Shown here piece after piece: positions 45,319-55,700 of a DNA stretch of 64,000 nucleotides. Both the position numbers and the translations under genes were made by a program. Location: the NCBI GenBank assembly GCA_041660565.1, contig JBAZWC010000001.1, positions 70,197 through 134,196 of the forward strand. Direction: 5' to 3'. This stretch comes from Patescibacteria group bacterium (GTDB taxonomy: Bacteria; Patescibacteriota; UBA1384; CAJBMM01). Position 1 is the first letter of the stretch; each line of letters begins with the position of its first letter. A model generated the notes under the pieces. It was not told the DNA's origin and made no database searches. It saw nothing but the letters and a program-made list of their open reading frames with translations.

Positions 45319-47091
45319 ATGAAGCGAAATCTAATTCTGCTTCTCGCCGCTATGATCGTCATCGCGACGGTCGGATGTGGTGGAGGCGGTGGGGGTTCTA
45401 ACCCCCCGGCCAAAGAGACTCGGTCGGCCAACGTGGCCACCGCGACCTTTGGTTCGCAGTATCTCAAGACGCACAATCTGTTGGTGCAGTGGGTCGGCGA
45501 CAAAACCGGCACTAACTACGGCACCTGCAAGATCGAGAGCGTCAACAAGACATCGGGTACCGGCACGCTGTCGGTCAACCCCGATGGGAGCATCAGCTTG
45601 ATCAACGATCTTCCGGCTGATGTCTTCAACTTCACGTTCGTGACGCATCATCCCCCAATCGAATCCGGAGATCCGCAATACGACCAGCTACTGACGGGCA
45701 CGGCAACGATCACCATCGTCCCCGAGTCCACATCAACCAACCCCACCAACTTCAACATCCCACAAGGCGGGCAAATGACGCTGGTGGCGCGGGCGCAAAA
45801 CGCCCGAGCTACGGGAGCTGAAGTTGTCCGCGTTACTGCGGCTGACACGTCCCGCGTTCCGGTGAACGTTGAGGCCACATGGGTGATCAACCCGCCGAAT
45901 GCGGGTAACATCGTCAAGAACACCGGCGAGACAACGTACACCTTCACAGGCGCCGCGGCTTTCACTGGCACGTTCACGCTAACGGCACATATCGCTAACG
46001 CGATGGACCAGCCGGCAGCAGTCAACGGCAACGCCATTGCCCACCCGACCATTGGGGTTTCCAATCCTACGGAAGGGCAGACTGTCAGCGGCACGGTTAC
46101 CGTGCAGTTTGCCGCCCAGAACGCCACAAGCGTGTACTGGAAGGTAGACTCTGGTACCGAGATGTTGGCATCAAGCAATTCGTTCCCGCTTGACACGACT
46201 ACTCTATCCAACGCCAACCACACCCTGAATTTTAGGGCAGTGGGGCAGTTGGAGACCGTAACGCTGTCTCGCGCGTTTACGGTTAACAACCAAGTGCCGT
46301 ATGACCCGGGGAAGGCCGGCAAGCTGACCTTCACCGGTGGTACGTACAATACCAACTCGGATAACTCCGGCAAGATGGTTAGTACGTTCTACATGTTCAA
46401 GACTGGCGGGGCGGTGGCCGTTGATAAGGCGGATACCATCCGCTTCTTCAACGCCGCGGGCACGGTGGTGAACACCGTGCAGACCGCCGACTATGGCTAC
46501 CCGGTGGCCGTTACCTCTGGTGATGTTGTCTGGGCTGTGCGCCGGAACTTTGGGCAAGTTCGGCTACTCAACAAGACCGGAGCAGTTGTCAACACTCTGA
46601 CGGTTGCGGGGGCTAATGACGCTGCTTACGTGGCCCAAACCGGTAAGGTGCTGGTTAGCGGCAACAACGGTATTCGCGAGTACGACCCGAACACCCTGGC
46701 GTACACCCAGCTACGCACCGACCGTGCCACTGCCGTAACTGGCGACGATCGGTACGTATTCTATCAGGGTACAGGCGACGGATCCGATCCGACTATGCTG
46801 ACAATCTGGAAGTTGGATCGGACAACCGGGTCAATCGTTGCCATCGCCAAACCGGGCATCCTGTTCAGTCTGTATAGCCCGCCCGGATTCAACTGCGTCG
46901 TGGGCACCGACGGCACGTCCAAGACCGTGAAGGTCTGGGACAAGTCGGGAGGCCTGTTGTCCTCAACCCCGCTCCCGAACGGGGAGCAGGTTGTGGGCAT
47001 CGGCGTTGACATGAGCGGAGATGGTAGCGGGCTGTTCATTACGCCTGACATCTCGCTCTTCCAGTATCGGGCACAGATTGTGCCCAACTAG
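45319..47091 (+). CDS. GC-rich lipoprotein with Ig-like domains and C-terminal beta-propeller-like region
   Basis: MKRN..TVG-C lipobox followed by GGGGG; P.EGQTVSG.V.V and DTT.L.N..HTL..RA Ig pattern; GAGGAGG RBS. Confidence 0.78.
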   Translation: MKRNLILLLAAMIVIATVGCGGGGGGSNPPAKETRSANVATATFGSQYLKTHNLLVQWVGDKTGTNYGTCKIESVNKTSGTGTLSVNPDGSISLINDLPADVFNFTFVTHHPPIESGDPQYDQLLTGTATITIVPESTSTNPTNFNIPQGGQMTLVARAQNARATGAEVVRVTAADTSRVPVNVEATWVINPPNAGNIVKNTGETTYTFTGAAAFTGTFTLTAHIANAMDQPAAVNGNAIAHPTIGVSNPTEGQTVSGTVTVQFAAQNATSVYWKVDSGTEMLASSNSFPLDTTTLSNANHTLNFRAVGQLETVTLSRAFTVNNQVPYDPGKAGKLTFTGGTYNTNSDNSGKMVSTFYMFKTGGAVAVDKADTIRFFNAAGTVVNTVQTADYGYPVAVTSGDVVWAVRRNFGQVRLLNKTGAVVNTLTVAGANDAAYVAQTGKVLVSGNNGIREYDPNTLAYTQLRTDRATAVTGDDRYVFYQGTGDGSDPTMLTIWKLDRTTGSIVAIAKPGILFSLYSPPGFNCVVGTDGTSKTVKVWDKSGGLLSSTPLPNGEQVVGIGVDMSGDGSGLFITPDISLFQYRAQIVPN

Positions 47092-47131
47092 TTCCGGTAG
47101 CACCTCCCTAGTGTGGTGAAATATCCGCACA

Positions 47132-47173
47132 CCCCCGACTCAGGTCATTATGACTGGGCGGGGGCTTTTTTTT
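47132..47173 (+). terminator. Intrinsic terminator
   Basis: CCCCG..CAGGTCAT/ATGACTG..CGGGGG followed by a T-run. Confidence 0.7.
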
Positions 47174-47244
47174 ATACAAAAAATCCTAAATTCCTTAATA
47201 TCGATTCCGGATCATCCGCCAGCTGGCGGACCGGAATGACAGGG

Positions 47245-49050
47245 TTATTTTCTAGCGCGGGAGCGGTCTAGGGCGTGGAGTAGTTTTTTGCGTAGGCGCA
47301 AAGACTTCGGAGTTACCTCTAGCAACTCATCATCCTCTAGAAAGTCGATTGATTGCTCTAGCGACAAATTGGTTGGCGGAGTTAGCTGCACCGAAATATC
47401 CGAGTTAGACGATCTAATGTTAGTTAACTGTTTTTCTTTACACACGTTAATTTCAATATCTTGCTCGCGCGTGTGTAATCCCACAATCATTCCCTCATAA
47501 ACTTCGGTTTGTGGCGGAATAAAGGTGATGCCACGCTCTTGCGCGTTGGCCAAGCCGTACGCTACCGCTTTGCCGCTTTGCGAGGCCATCAACGCGCCCA
47601 AACGCATTTTCGGAATAGCGGCGCCCATTGGCTCAAAGTGCAAAAACAACGAACTTAACGCCGCGGTGCCGCGTGAAATAGTTAATAATTGATTTCTAAG
47701 TCCCAGCATTCCTCTGGTGGTAATGTGAAAACACAATCGGGTTGTGCCGTCTTGCTGAACTTCTTGATACTGCATGATGCCGCGTCTGCGGCTGACTTCG
47801 CTGGTAACGGCGCCGGCGTGTTCGCTTGCTACATCAATAGTCAACTCTTCAAGCGGCTCACATTCAACATCATCTACCATTTTAGTAATGATTTGCGGTT
47901 TGCCAACTTGTAGCTCAAAGCCTTCGCGGCGCAAAGTTTCAATAAATACGGATAAATGCAGCTCACCCCGCCCCGAGATGATAAATTCGCCGTTATTTTC
48001 CTCTAATCGCATTGAAACGTTGGTTTCCAGCTCTTTTTTGATGCGATCTAAAATTTGGCGGCTGGTGACAAATTTGCCTTCGCGCCCGGCAAACGGGGAA
48101 GTATTGGCGCCAAACGACATCTTTAAGGTTGGCTCTTCAATAGCGATGGTTGGTAATGCCTCTGGATTTGTAGAGTCTGCCACGGTTTCGCCAATGCGCA
48201 CCCCTTTTAAGCCGGTCATTGCCACAATTTCACCCGCTTCCGCCATATCAACTTCTACTCGTTTAAGCCCGCGATTAACGTAAACTTTTTCAATTCTGGC
48301 ATTGGTTAGATTGCCAGTAGGGGAGATCACAGTTACATTCAACCCGGGTTTGGCGGTGCCACGAACAATGCGGCCAATGGCGTAGGTGCCTTGATACGAG
48401 TCCGCGTCTAAAGCGGTTACCAGCATTTGAAAAGTACCGTCAGACACTTCTGGCTCCGGTACATAGTCTAATATTGCCTCAAAAATCGGGGTTAGATCGG
48501 CTGATTCATTTACATTTGCGGGTAATTCTTTCCACGATTTGCCCTCGCGGCTGATAGCGTAAAACACCGGAAAATCCAAATGAGCTTCGTCGGTGGCTAA
48601 ATCCAAAAATAAATCTTGAGTACGGCGAATAACGGTTTCGATTCTGGCGTTTGGTTTATCAATTTTGTTGATGACTACAATTACTTTCAAACCTAGATCT
48701 AGCGCTTTTTTAAGTACAAATTTGGTTTGCGCCATCGGGCCTTCTTGTGCATCGATGATGAGCAAAGCACCATCAGCCATATTTAGAGTACGTTCTACCT
48801 CACCGCCAAAATCGGCGTGTCCGGGAGTATCAATGATGTTAATTTTGGTGTCTTTGTAAAAAACGGCGGTGTTTTTGGCTAAAATGGTAATGCCACGCTC
48901 GCGTTCTTGATCAGACGAGTCCATGATTAAATCTTGGGTCATCCAGGCTTCGTTATCACGAAAAGTGTGAGATTGCTTTAACAAAAAATCAACCAAGGTA
49001 GTTTTACCGTGGTCAACGTGAGCAATAATGGCAACGTTGCGTATTTTCAT
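47245..49050 (-). CDS. typA: Translational GTPase TypA/BipA
   Basis: IRNVAIIAHVDHGKTTLVD, ERERGITILAKN, GRGELHL and DELLEVTP motifs. Confidence 0.97.
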   Translation of the reverse strand: MKIRNVAIIAHVDHGKTTLVDFLLKQSHTFRDNEAWMTQDLIMDSSDQERERGITILAKNTAVFYKDTKINIIDTPGHADFGGEVERTLNMADGALLIIDAQEGPMAQTKFVLKKALDLGLKVIVVINKIDKPNARIETVIRRTQDLFLDLATDEAHLDFPVFYAISREGKSWKELPANVNESADLTPIFEAILDYVPEPEVSDGTFQMLVTALDADSYQGTYAIGRIVRGTAKPGLNVTVISPTGNLTNARIEKVYVNRGLKRVEVDMAEAGEIVAMTGLKGVRIGETVADSTNPEALPTIAIEEPTLKMSFGANTSPFAGREGKFVTSRQILDRIKKELETNVSMRLEENNGEFIISGRGELHLSVFIETLRREGFELQVGKPQIITKMVDDVECEPLEELTIDVASEHAGAVTSEVSRRRGIMQYQEVQQDGTTRLCFHITTRGMLGLRNQLLTISRGTAALSSLFLHFEPMGAAIPKMRLGALMASQSGKAVAYGLANAQERGITFIPPQTEVYEGMIVGLHTREQDIEINVCKEKQLTNIRSSNSDISVQLTPPTNLSLEQSIDFLEDDELLEVTPKSLRLRKKLLHALDRSRARK

Positions 49051-49472
49051 AAAAATTTTATCCCGAGTATACCTCGGGAATCCCTTATTCCGGATATTGT
49101 AATTCTACCATATTAGCCAAAATAAGTCAAACATGGGGACGCGTCCGGAAATTATTATGTCATTTCGACCCGGGGAGCTGGCTCGAGCGACCACGTTGGC
49201 CTCCGCTCGTAAAGCTACGGCTTGGAGAGAGAAATCTGAGAAAGAATCCTTTCCACCATTAAATTAGATGCTTCGCATCGAAATCACTCGCAATTTGCTC
49301 GCGATTATCAAATTTCAAATTTCAAATTCTTGCTCGAGGTGTGCGCACCGAGAACTCTGTGATGCGATGTGAAATAAAGGTAGTTCTCGCTATGCTCGAA
49401 CAAGAAACACGAGGTGGTCCTCGCCTCGGTACGTTTTACGCCCTAAACTTGAACAAAAAGGTTGCAGCGTAA

Positions 49473-51083
49473 TTATTCCGGCAAGGTGTTAAAGTAAAAA
49501 CCTTCGTACTGTTTAACGGCGGCGTTATATTTTTCTAACAACTTATTATAATCTGCAATGGCGCCGTTGTATGAGTCTATGGTGCTTTTGTATTGATTAT
49601 ATTTTTCCGAATACGCGTTATATTTTTGCTCTGTAGGGTCTGCCAGATAGTTTTTATAGAATTGATCTTGAGATTTCTCCAAAGACATAATATTATCATA
49701 CTTTTTCTGTAACAAAATTTTCTCATCCGCTAGTTGGTTATACATTTTTTCAATGTCTTGTTTAAGCGTTTTTATCTGCACAATGCGTTCATAAGATTTA
49801 CCGCTATTAATATCTACCACAAATCGCGGCGCTGTTAATGCTTTCTTACGTTCCACCGAAATGGTATCCGGATTTTCGCTAGCCGAAATTGGTTTTACCT
49901 CAGTAATGTCTAAAACCGGCACACCATTATTATCATTTATGCTTTCCGGAATATCGCCTGGAATAAAAGCCGGATTCGTCATCTCTGCATAAGTATACTT
50001 TGTGTTAAAATCGGTATATCCACTAGGAGCGCTAATTCCTAGCGCCATATGATTATCATCATTAAACGAGAAAATGCCGGTGCCGTAGCCCAATTTATTC
50101 AGTATTATGCTGCCCAAATACGTTTTATCGGTACAAATTCCCTTATTTTTAGATAAAGTTACGTAAGGATATTGCTCGGTGTCGGCGGTGTTGCCGGTTA
50201 CGTTCAAAACTATTTCTGCCTTTGCATCATCGTACGGGATATTCTGCACAAAACAGGTGGCAAGCTCTAGCGTCTGATCATCATTCAAATTGTTGGCTTT
50301 GCCCACGGCCACAATATCGCTAACCAGCTTATCAACGGTATTATCTTTGTCGTTTTGATAAATAAATTTGGCAAACTGGTTTTTGGCAAAATATGAGGTA
50401 TTAAGCAAATAATTGTGCTGAGTGTAGTAGTGATTCACGTTTTGGTGCGTTACTACATCTACCTTCAAATCTTTGCCCGAATATTTGCAATTCAAAGTGG
50501 TGGTTTTGGGGTGATTGGGAAATGGGGGATAAATTCCCAAATAACCTTCGTTTGCGCCATAACCCAGCCCGCATAGCAAAATGATGACGAATGTGGCCAG
50601 CTTTAGAATATGAAATACACGCTTGGAGCGGGTAGTAGGCGCAGGTGATGTTGCTTCGCGATATCTAAATGCCCAATGCTTATTAGTAAAAAATCCCCAC
50701 AACGTGGCCAAAGTAAATGCGGCCGAAAACCCGATGTAGCGGGGCAAATGTAAGTAAATTGCACTGGTAAGAATCAGAAAAGTTAGTCCGTATATTACTA
50801 AGCCAACAATATAAATTATAAAAAACTTTAATACCAAATGGCGTGGCGCAGACCCGGCGGTATTAAAAACACGTTTTCTGACAAATAAAAAACACACGTC
50901 AATGGCGGCAATTAAAGCAATAAATACCGCAATCAGCTCTCTTTCTTGACTAAACAGGCTGAAACTTTCTCTAAGCGTGGCAAAAAATATCAAAAAAAGC
51001 GCAATGAATATTATATTGGCAATGACATATTTAACAAACTGCCCCACAGCAGGATATAATTTGATGCTGAAAATCTTCCGCAT
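49473..51083 (-). CDS. Membrane protein: GtrA-like N-terminus plus transglutaminase-like domain and coiled coil
   Basis: QFVKY..NKHWAF; FVQNIPY..QYPY.TL...G.C.DK...H....E.T pattern. Confidence 0.7.
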   Translation of the reverse strand: MRKIFSIKLYPAVGQFVKYVIANIIFIALFLIFFATLRESFSLFSQERELIAVFIALIAAIDVCFLFVRKRVFNTAGSAPRHLVLKFFIIYIVGLVIYGLTFLILTSAIYLHLPRYIGFSAAFTLATLWGFFTNKHWAFRYREATSPAPTTRSKRVFHILKLATFVIILLCGLGYGANEGYLGIYPPFPNHPKTTTLNCKYSGKDLKVDVVTHQNVNHYYTQHNYLLNTSYFAKNQFAKFIYQNDKDNTVDKLVSDIVAVGKANNLNDDQTLELATCFVQNIPYDDAKAEIVLNVTGNTADTEQYPYVTLSKNKGICTDKTYLGSIILNKLGYGTGIFSFNDDNHMALGISAPSGYTDFNTKYTYAEMTNPAFIPGDIPESINDNNGVPVLDITEVKPISASENPDTISVERKKALTAPRFVVDINSGKSYERIVQIKTLKQDIEKMYNQLADEKILLQKKYDNIMSLEKSQDQFYKNYLADPTEQKYNAYSEKYNQYKSTIDSYNGAIADYNKLLEKYNAAVKQYEGFYFNTLPE

Positions 51084-51164
51084 TTATTTCCTCAAATATC
51101 TACCATTATTATACTCTTATAATGCCCGGTGATTTATGTGATTTTTCCCATTTATCACCAGCAA

Positions 51165-51791
51165 TTATTTCTTAAATCTTAAATCGAATGCCTTTGGCAG
51201 CTCAGAAAATGGAATCAGTCCAAATTCCTTGTAATTTTCAGGAAGTTTGAGTAATTCCGGTAGAGATAGTTTTGTCATAACGTTGTATTCTCCCAATGCC
51301 ATATCCAATAATATGTAGGCTAGGGAGGTAAAAGCTTTGTTTGATGAGTCGTAGCCGTCAATGTATATTTTTAGTGCCATTCTCTCGCCGCCGCTATCAT
51401 TGTATGAAAAATACATATCTTTATTCGGATCGATATTTAATTTACCTATTGAGAACGCTGTTATAGAGCCAACCCTTGGCTTGAATGCAATAACTTTCCA
51501 AACATCCAAATCAGGTGCAACGTTAACAAGTTTTTGTACAGAATCGATTAGAGGGGGAATTCCATCGGGAGTAACAATGAACTCCCTTTTTCCGTTAACC
51601 GTTGGGCCAAATAAATAAACTATGCCTTTAGCAACCTTTTGCATTTCTGAAAAAAGTTGGTTGCAGATACGTTCTCGGCCTGTTCGAACGGCCATTAATT
51701 CGTCTGAATGATCAGAAAACCACCTCCAAAATCGTTCTTCCTTTGTTGCGGGCAATGTTCCATTATCTTTTAGTCTTCTGTTAAAAAACAT
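51165..51791 (-). CDS. Hypothetical protein, possible second immunity protein
   Basis: AT-rich, co-oriented downstream of the Rhs gene; FW.WF..RE..TPDG..LD.ALGE. Confidence 0.6.
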   Translation of the reverse strand: MFFNRRLKDNGTLPATKEERFWRWFSDHSDELMAVRTGRERICNQLFSEMQKVAKGIVYLFGPTVNGKREFIVTPDGIPPLIDSVQKLVNVAPDLDVWKVIAFKPRVGSITAFSIGKLNIDPNKDMYFSYNDSGGERMALKIYIDGYDSSNKAFTSLAYILLDMALGEYNVMTKLSLPELLKLPENYKEFGLIPFSELPKAFDLRFKK

Positions 51792-51814
51792 ATAATTTCT
51801 TTCTTTACTAAACT

Positions 51815-52774
51815 TTAATCAACAAAATACGCTGGTTCTGCCTCGAAACCGCTTACTTTATTCTCTTTTAAAATTCGATAAAGCCTCTGAGAAATTATTA
51901 TGAATGGGTGTAAGTATTGCAATGATCTAAATTGAGACGTCTTAGCAAAATCTGTATTAGGCCAATTCTTGCGGTTAAAATAAAAACTCGTTCCTATACC
52001 TGGGCCAGCTGTTGTTCTAAATCCTTCAATAACCTTGTCGTACAACGGATTTGGTTCGAGCTGGTCTTCCAACTCTAGTTTGTGAAATTTTATGCCAAAT
52101 TTGGTCGGTGGCACACTGTAACCGCATGTTGGAACAACATTTAGCTGATAGAAATCTTTTGATAATTTTTTCTCGTCAGAATAATAATCAACGTCTTCTG
52201 CGCTTTCTTTTATTTTTACAGGTCTGTATACAGGATCAATTTTACACCCAGTAACCTTATTTTTCTCCAATATCTCTTTAAGTCGTTTTGAGATAATTGT
52301 TTCATCTGAAAATGTTTTTTGTATGTCTTTCTTGGATAATTTGCTCACATTAATTCTTAGGGGCGATATCTGTTTTTTTATTTCCCAACTATCCACCGTT
52401 ACAATCGGCTGGCCAACACCTTTAATGTTCATTGTATATTCTTTCCCCGTCCCGCCCTTGCCAAGTACTTCATATTTTGTACCGTACTCTTCCGCAAACA
52501 TTTCATTTGGAACGTCGGCGATTCGATTAAGATACAATATTTCAGCTGACCTCATCTCTGATTCAGAGAATTTATTTAACGCCAAAGGTGAATATGCATT
52601 TTCTGGGTTGTGCTCCCAATAGTCAAATATTGATTTAAAATCATGATTGTTCGTGCACACTCTCACCGCAAAAATAGATGTGTTGTTTGGTTCGTGTTCC
52701 AAGTGATGGAATTTATCAATAAATGATTGTGGAATTTTATCTCTATGGAATCTAAATGAATATTCTATTTGCAC
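51815..52774 (-). CDS. Putative cognate immunity protein of the Rhs toxin
   Basis: Starts 9 nt after the Rhs stop; duplicated IIS.RL..IL..NKV.G motif. Confidence 0.65.
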   Translation of the reverse strand: MQIEYSFRFHRDKIPQSFIDKFHHLEHEPNNTSIFAVRVCTNNHDFKSIFDYWEHNPENAYSPLALNKFSESEMRSAEILYLNRIADVPNEMFAEEYGTKYEVLGKGGTGKEYTMNIKGVGQPIVTVDSWEIKKQISPLRINVSKLSKKDIQKTFSDETIISKRLKEILEKNKVTGCKIDPVYRPVKIKESAEDVDYYSDEKKLSKDFYQLNVVPTCGYSVPPTKFGIKFHKLELEDQLEPNPLYDKVIEGFRTTAGPGIGTSFYFNRKNWPNTDFAKTSQFRSLQYLHPFIIISQRLYRILKENKVSGFEAEPAYFVD

Positions 52775-52783
52775 GAAATTTCC

Positions 52784-55700
52784 TTATTTAATTTCTTTTA
52801 GAAAATTGTCAATCGGTAATTTATCATAAACTTTCTTTATTACTTCTCCCACTTCCTTTTCCCACTGGGAGTAGTCATTCTGCTTTAGCAGCCGATAATA
52901 TTCCGCAGCTTTACCGTATGCCACCTCAGCTCTAAATGCATTGGTGATTTGTTGGTGATATTCTTTGGGAATTATTGCCCGCACTGCTTTGGCAGCACCA
53001 CCGAGATATTTTGGGATAATATGATGCGATTCAGTTTTAATAACATTTTTTGCGGTGTTGACTGCGGTGCTTGTTTTTGCAATGTTTGCTGCAGTTTTTG
53101 TAGTAGAGCCACCACCTACAGGTGTCAAATCCCCAACAAGTCCGACACCCGCAATTATTTTGTCCGTTTTAGTTGTATTTGGGTCGAATACTGTACTCAC
53201 GTCGTTTGCAATTAAACATTGCATCACTGGGCTATTGGCAATGTAAAATAGTGAAGCTAGAATCAAAGGCGAGTAGATTATTAAAGGAGCCAAGAAAATA
53301 ATTTTACCGCTGGGATCTGTGTGTGTTAATGGGCTATTATTACAATAGATATATGGATTTGATCCTAGTGCGGTATTATCTGCAACAACAGGGTCTTGGC
53401 TGGTGAAACGTCCTAAACTTGGATCGTACATCCTAGCTTTCATATAGTATAGCTTAATCGTGCTGTCATACCAATACCCGGCATATAGACGAGGGTTTAA
53501 TTTATCCAGATTATTTTGTGGAGCTGGTGGCTGAGGTACGGCTCGGGAATCTGGTGTCGGCCCACCCATAGTTGAAACTGTTACATTGCCCCATGCATCG
53601 TAAGAGTATGAAACTAAACGGTTGCCAGATGCATCTGTAAGCCCAGTAATGTCTGAATGGCCGTTTTTAAGGTAATAATAGGTCTGCGGATTGTTGTTTG
53701 TGTCTGGAATGGTTACGGACGATAAGTTTTCATCTTCGTCCCAAGTGTAAGTGCGCAGCATTTTTCCTGCCGCGTCTGTTTCAGAAACCAGCTTGTCTCC
53801 GTCATAGACAAACTTGGTAGTAGAAACAACGCCGGTGGGTGATGTTTCGGTGCGGGTGGCTCGCTGTTTGGTTAATTCGTTGTAGGTGTATTCTACCGTA
53901 GTGTTGTCTGGTGTTATTGCTTTAATAAAGTAGTCATCGGCATCATAGAAATACTGGGTAATGCCGTTTTTACTATCGGTTACTTTTGTAACATTGCCGT
54001 TTTTATCATATTCGTACGTTTTTGTTCCGTTAACGGTGCTGGTTTCTTTGATAAGGCGGTTTGCATCACCCAGTTCATCATAGGCGTAGGTAATGGTTTC
54101 GGCCGCCGTAGTTTTCTTGGTGCGGTTGCCCATTAAATCGTATGAATAAGTGGTACCGTTTTCACCGGTTAACTGGTCACGTGCATCGTATGCGTAGGTA
54201 CGTGTGCCGGTTAGCGAATCTATAGCGGTGGTAATATTTGAATTAGCATCGTACGTATATGAAATCTGTTGTTGTATGGCGCCGGCTTTATATTTGTTAA
54301 CTACCTGTTTAACTCTACCGGAGGTGTCGTAGGTGTAGGAAGTGGTATCACCATTTGGTTTTTTAACCGCTGTTAATTTGCCTTCGGCGTCTTTGGTCAA
54401 AATGTTGGTTAGCACTTGGCCGGTTTGAGCCAGGGTGGTTGAAACTTGGCTAACTTCTTGGTTGGCATCGTATACGGTGGCTACAGTGGCGGTAGAAACG
54501 GCGCTAGTAACCACGTTATCGTTTTTGTCGTAGGTTAGGGTATTGTTGCCGGTAATGTTAGATTGAACTGCGGTAACATTATCATTTTTATCATAGGTAA
54601 TGGTGTCGTTTTCAGATTTTACGGTAGATGTGGTCTGAACTACATTGTCGTTTTTATCGTACGATACGCTTGTGGTGCCATCTTTGTCGGTAATTTGGGT
54701 TGCATTACCATTTTTGTCAGTTGTGGCGGTGGTGGTGCTACCGGATTGATCTGTGGCAGACGTAATATTGCCATTTCTATCGTACACTGCTGTTTCGGGA
54801 ACGCCGGTGGCATCAGTTGTTTTGGTTAGCTGGTTTAGCTCGTCGTAGGTATTAATGGTCATTTTGCCTTTGGCATCCGTAGTTTTAACTACATTGCCAA
54901 CAGCATCAAAGGTGGTGGAAGTTATTGCTCCCACCGCATCGGTAAGTTTGATCTGCCGGTTTAATTTATCATAAGTGTAAGTAGTGACGTTTCCTTTGGG
55001 GTCAATATCTTTTAGTTTGTTGCTGTTTTTATCATATTCGTATCGGTTTGTAATGCCAGCCGGGTCTTTAATGCTGGTTAGGCGCCCCAAATTGTCATAA
55101 GCATAAGTAAGCGTGTTTCCCATGGCCGATTTCTCGGTTAGTTTGCGGCCAACGGTATCGTACGTAAAGGTAGATGTCTCTAACTTTGGCGACACGGTGG
55201 TTAACACATCGCCATCTGCGGTGTATGTAAATTTGGTTATGGCTCCTTTAGAATCGGTAACGGTAACTTTGTGCCCCTTGGCATCATAAGTAGCTGAATC
55301 TACATTTCCCTTGGCGTCTGTTGTAGATAACAACAACCGGCGGCCGTCGACCGAATAGGTGGCGGTGGTAACATTACCTTTTGGATCGGTAGTTTTAACT
55401 AAGTCGTAGCCCGCATAAACATTGGTGGTGGTGGCGTCCATTGGGTCTTTGGAAGTCAATAAGTTATCATTTGCGTCGTAGGTGTTGGTGTAATTAAAGT
55501 AGTAATATTCGTTTTCTGGGAGGTCTGGGGTAATAGTGGTAACGTTATAATTTCCATCATTACCGTAAATTTGGCGATAGCCTTTGGGGTTGGTAAAGTT
55601 AATTAACAAATTGTTCTGGTCAAAAGTGGCGTTAGATTTTCGCCCCAAAGCGTCTGTTATATCAACCGACCGATTATTGTATGACAGTTTGCTGCTGTTG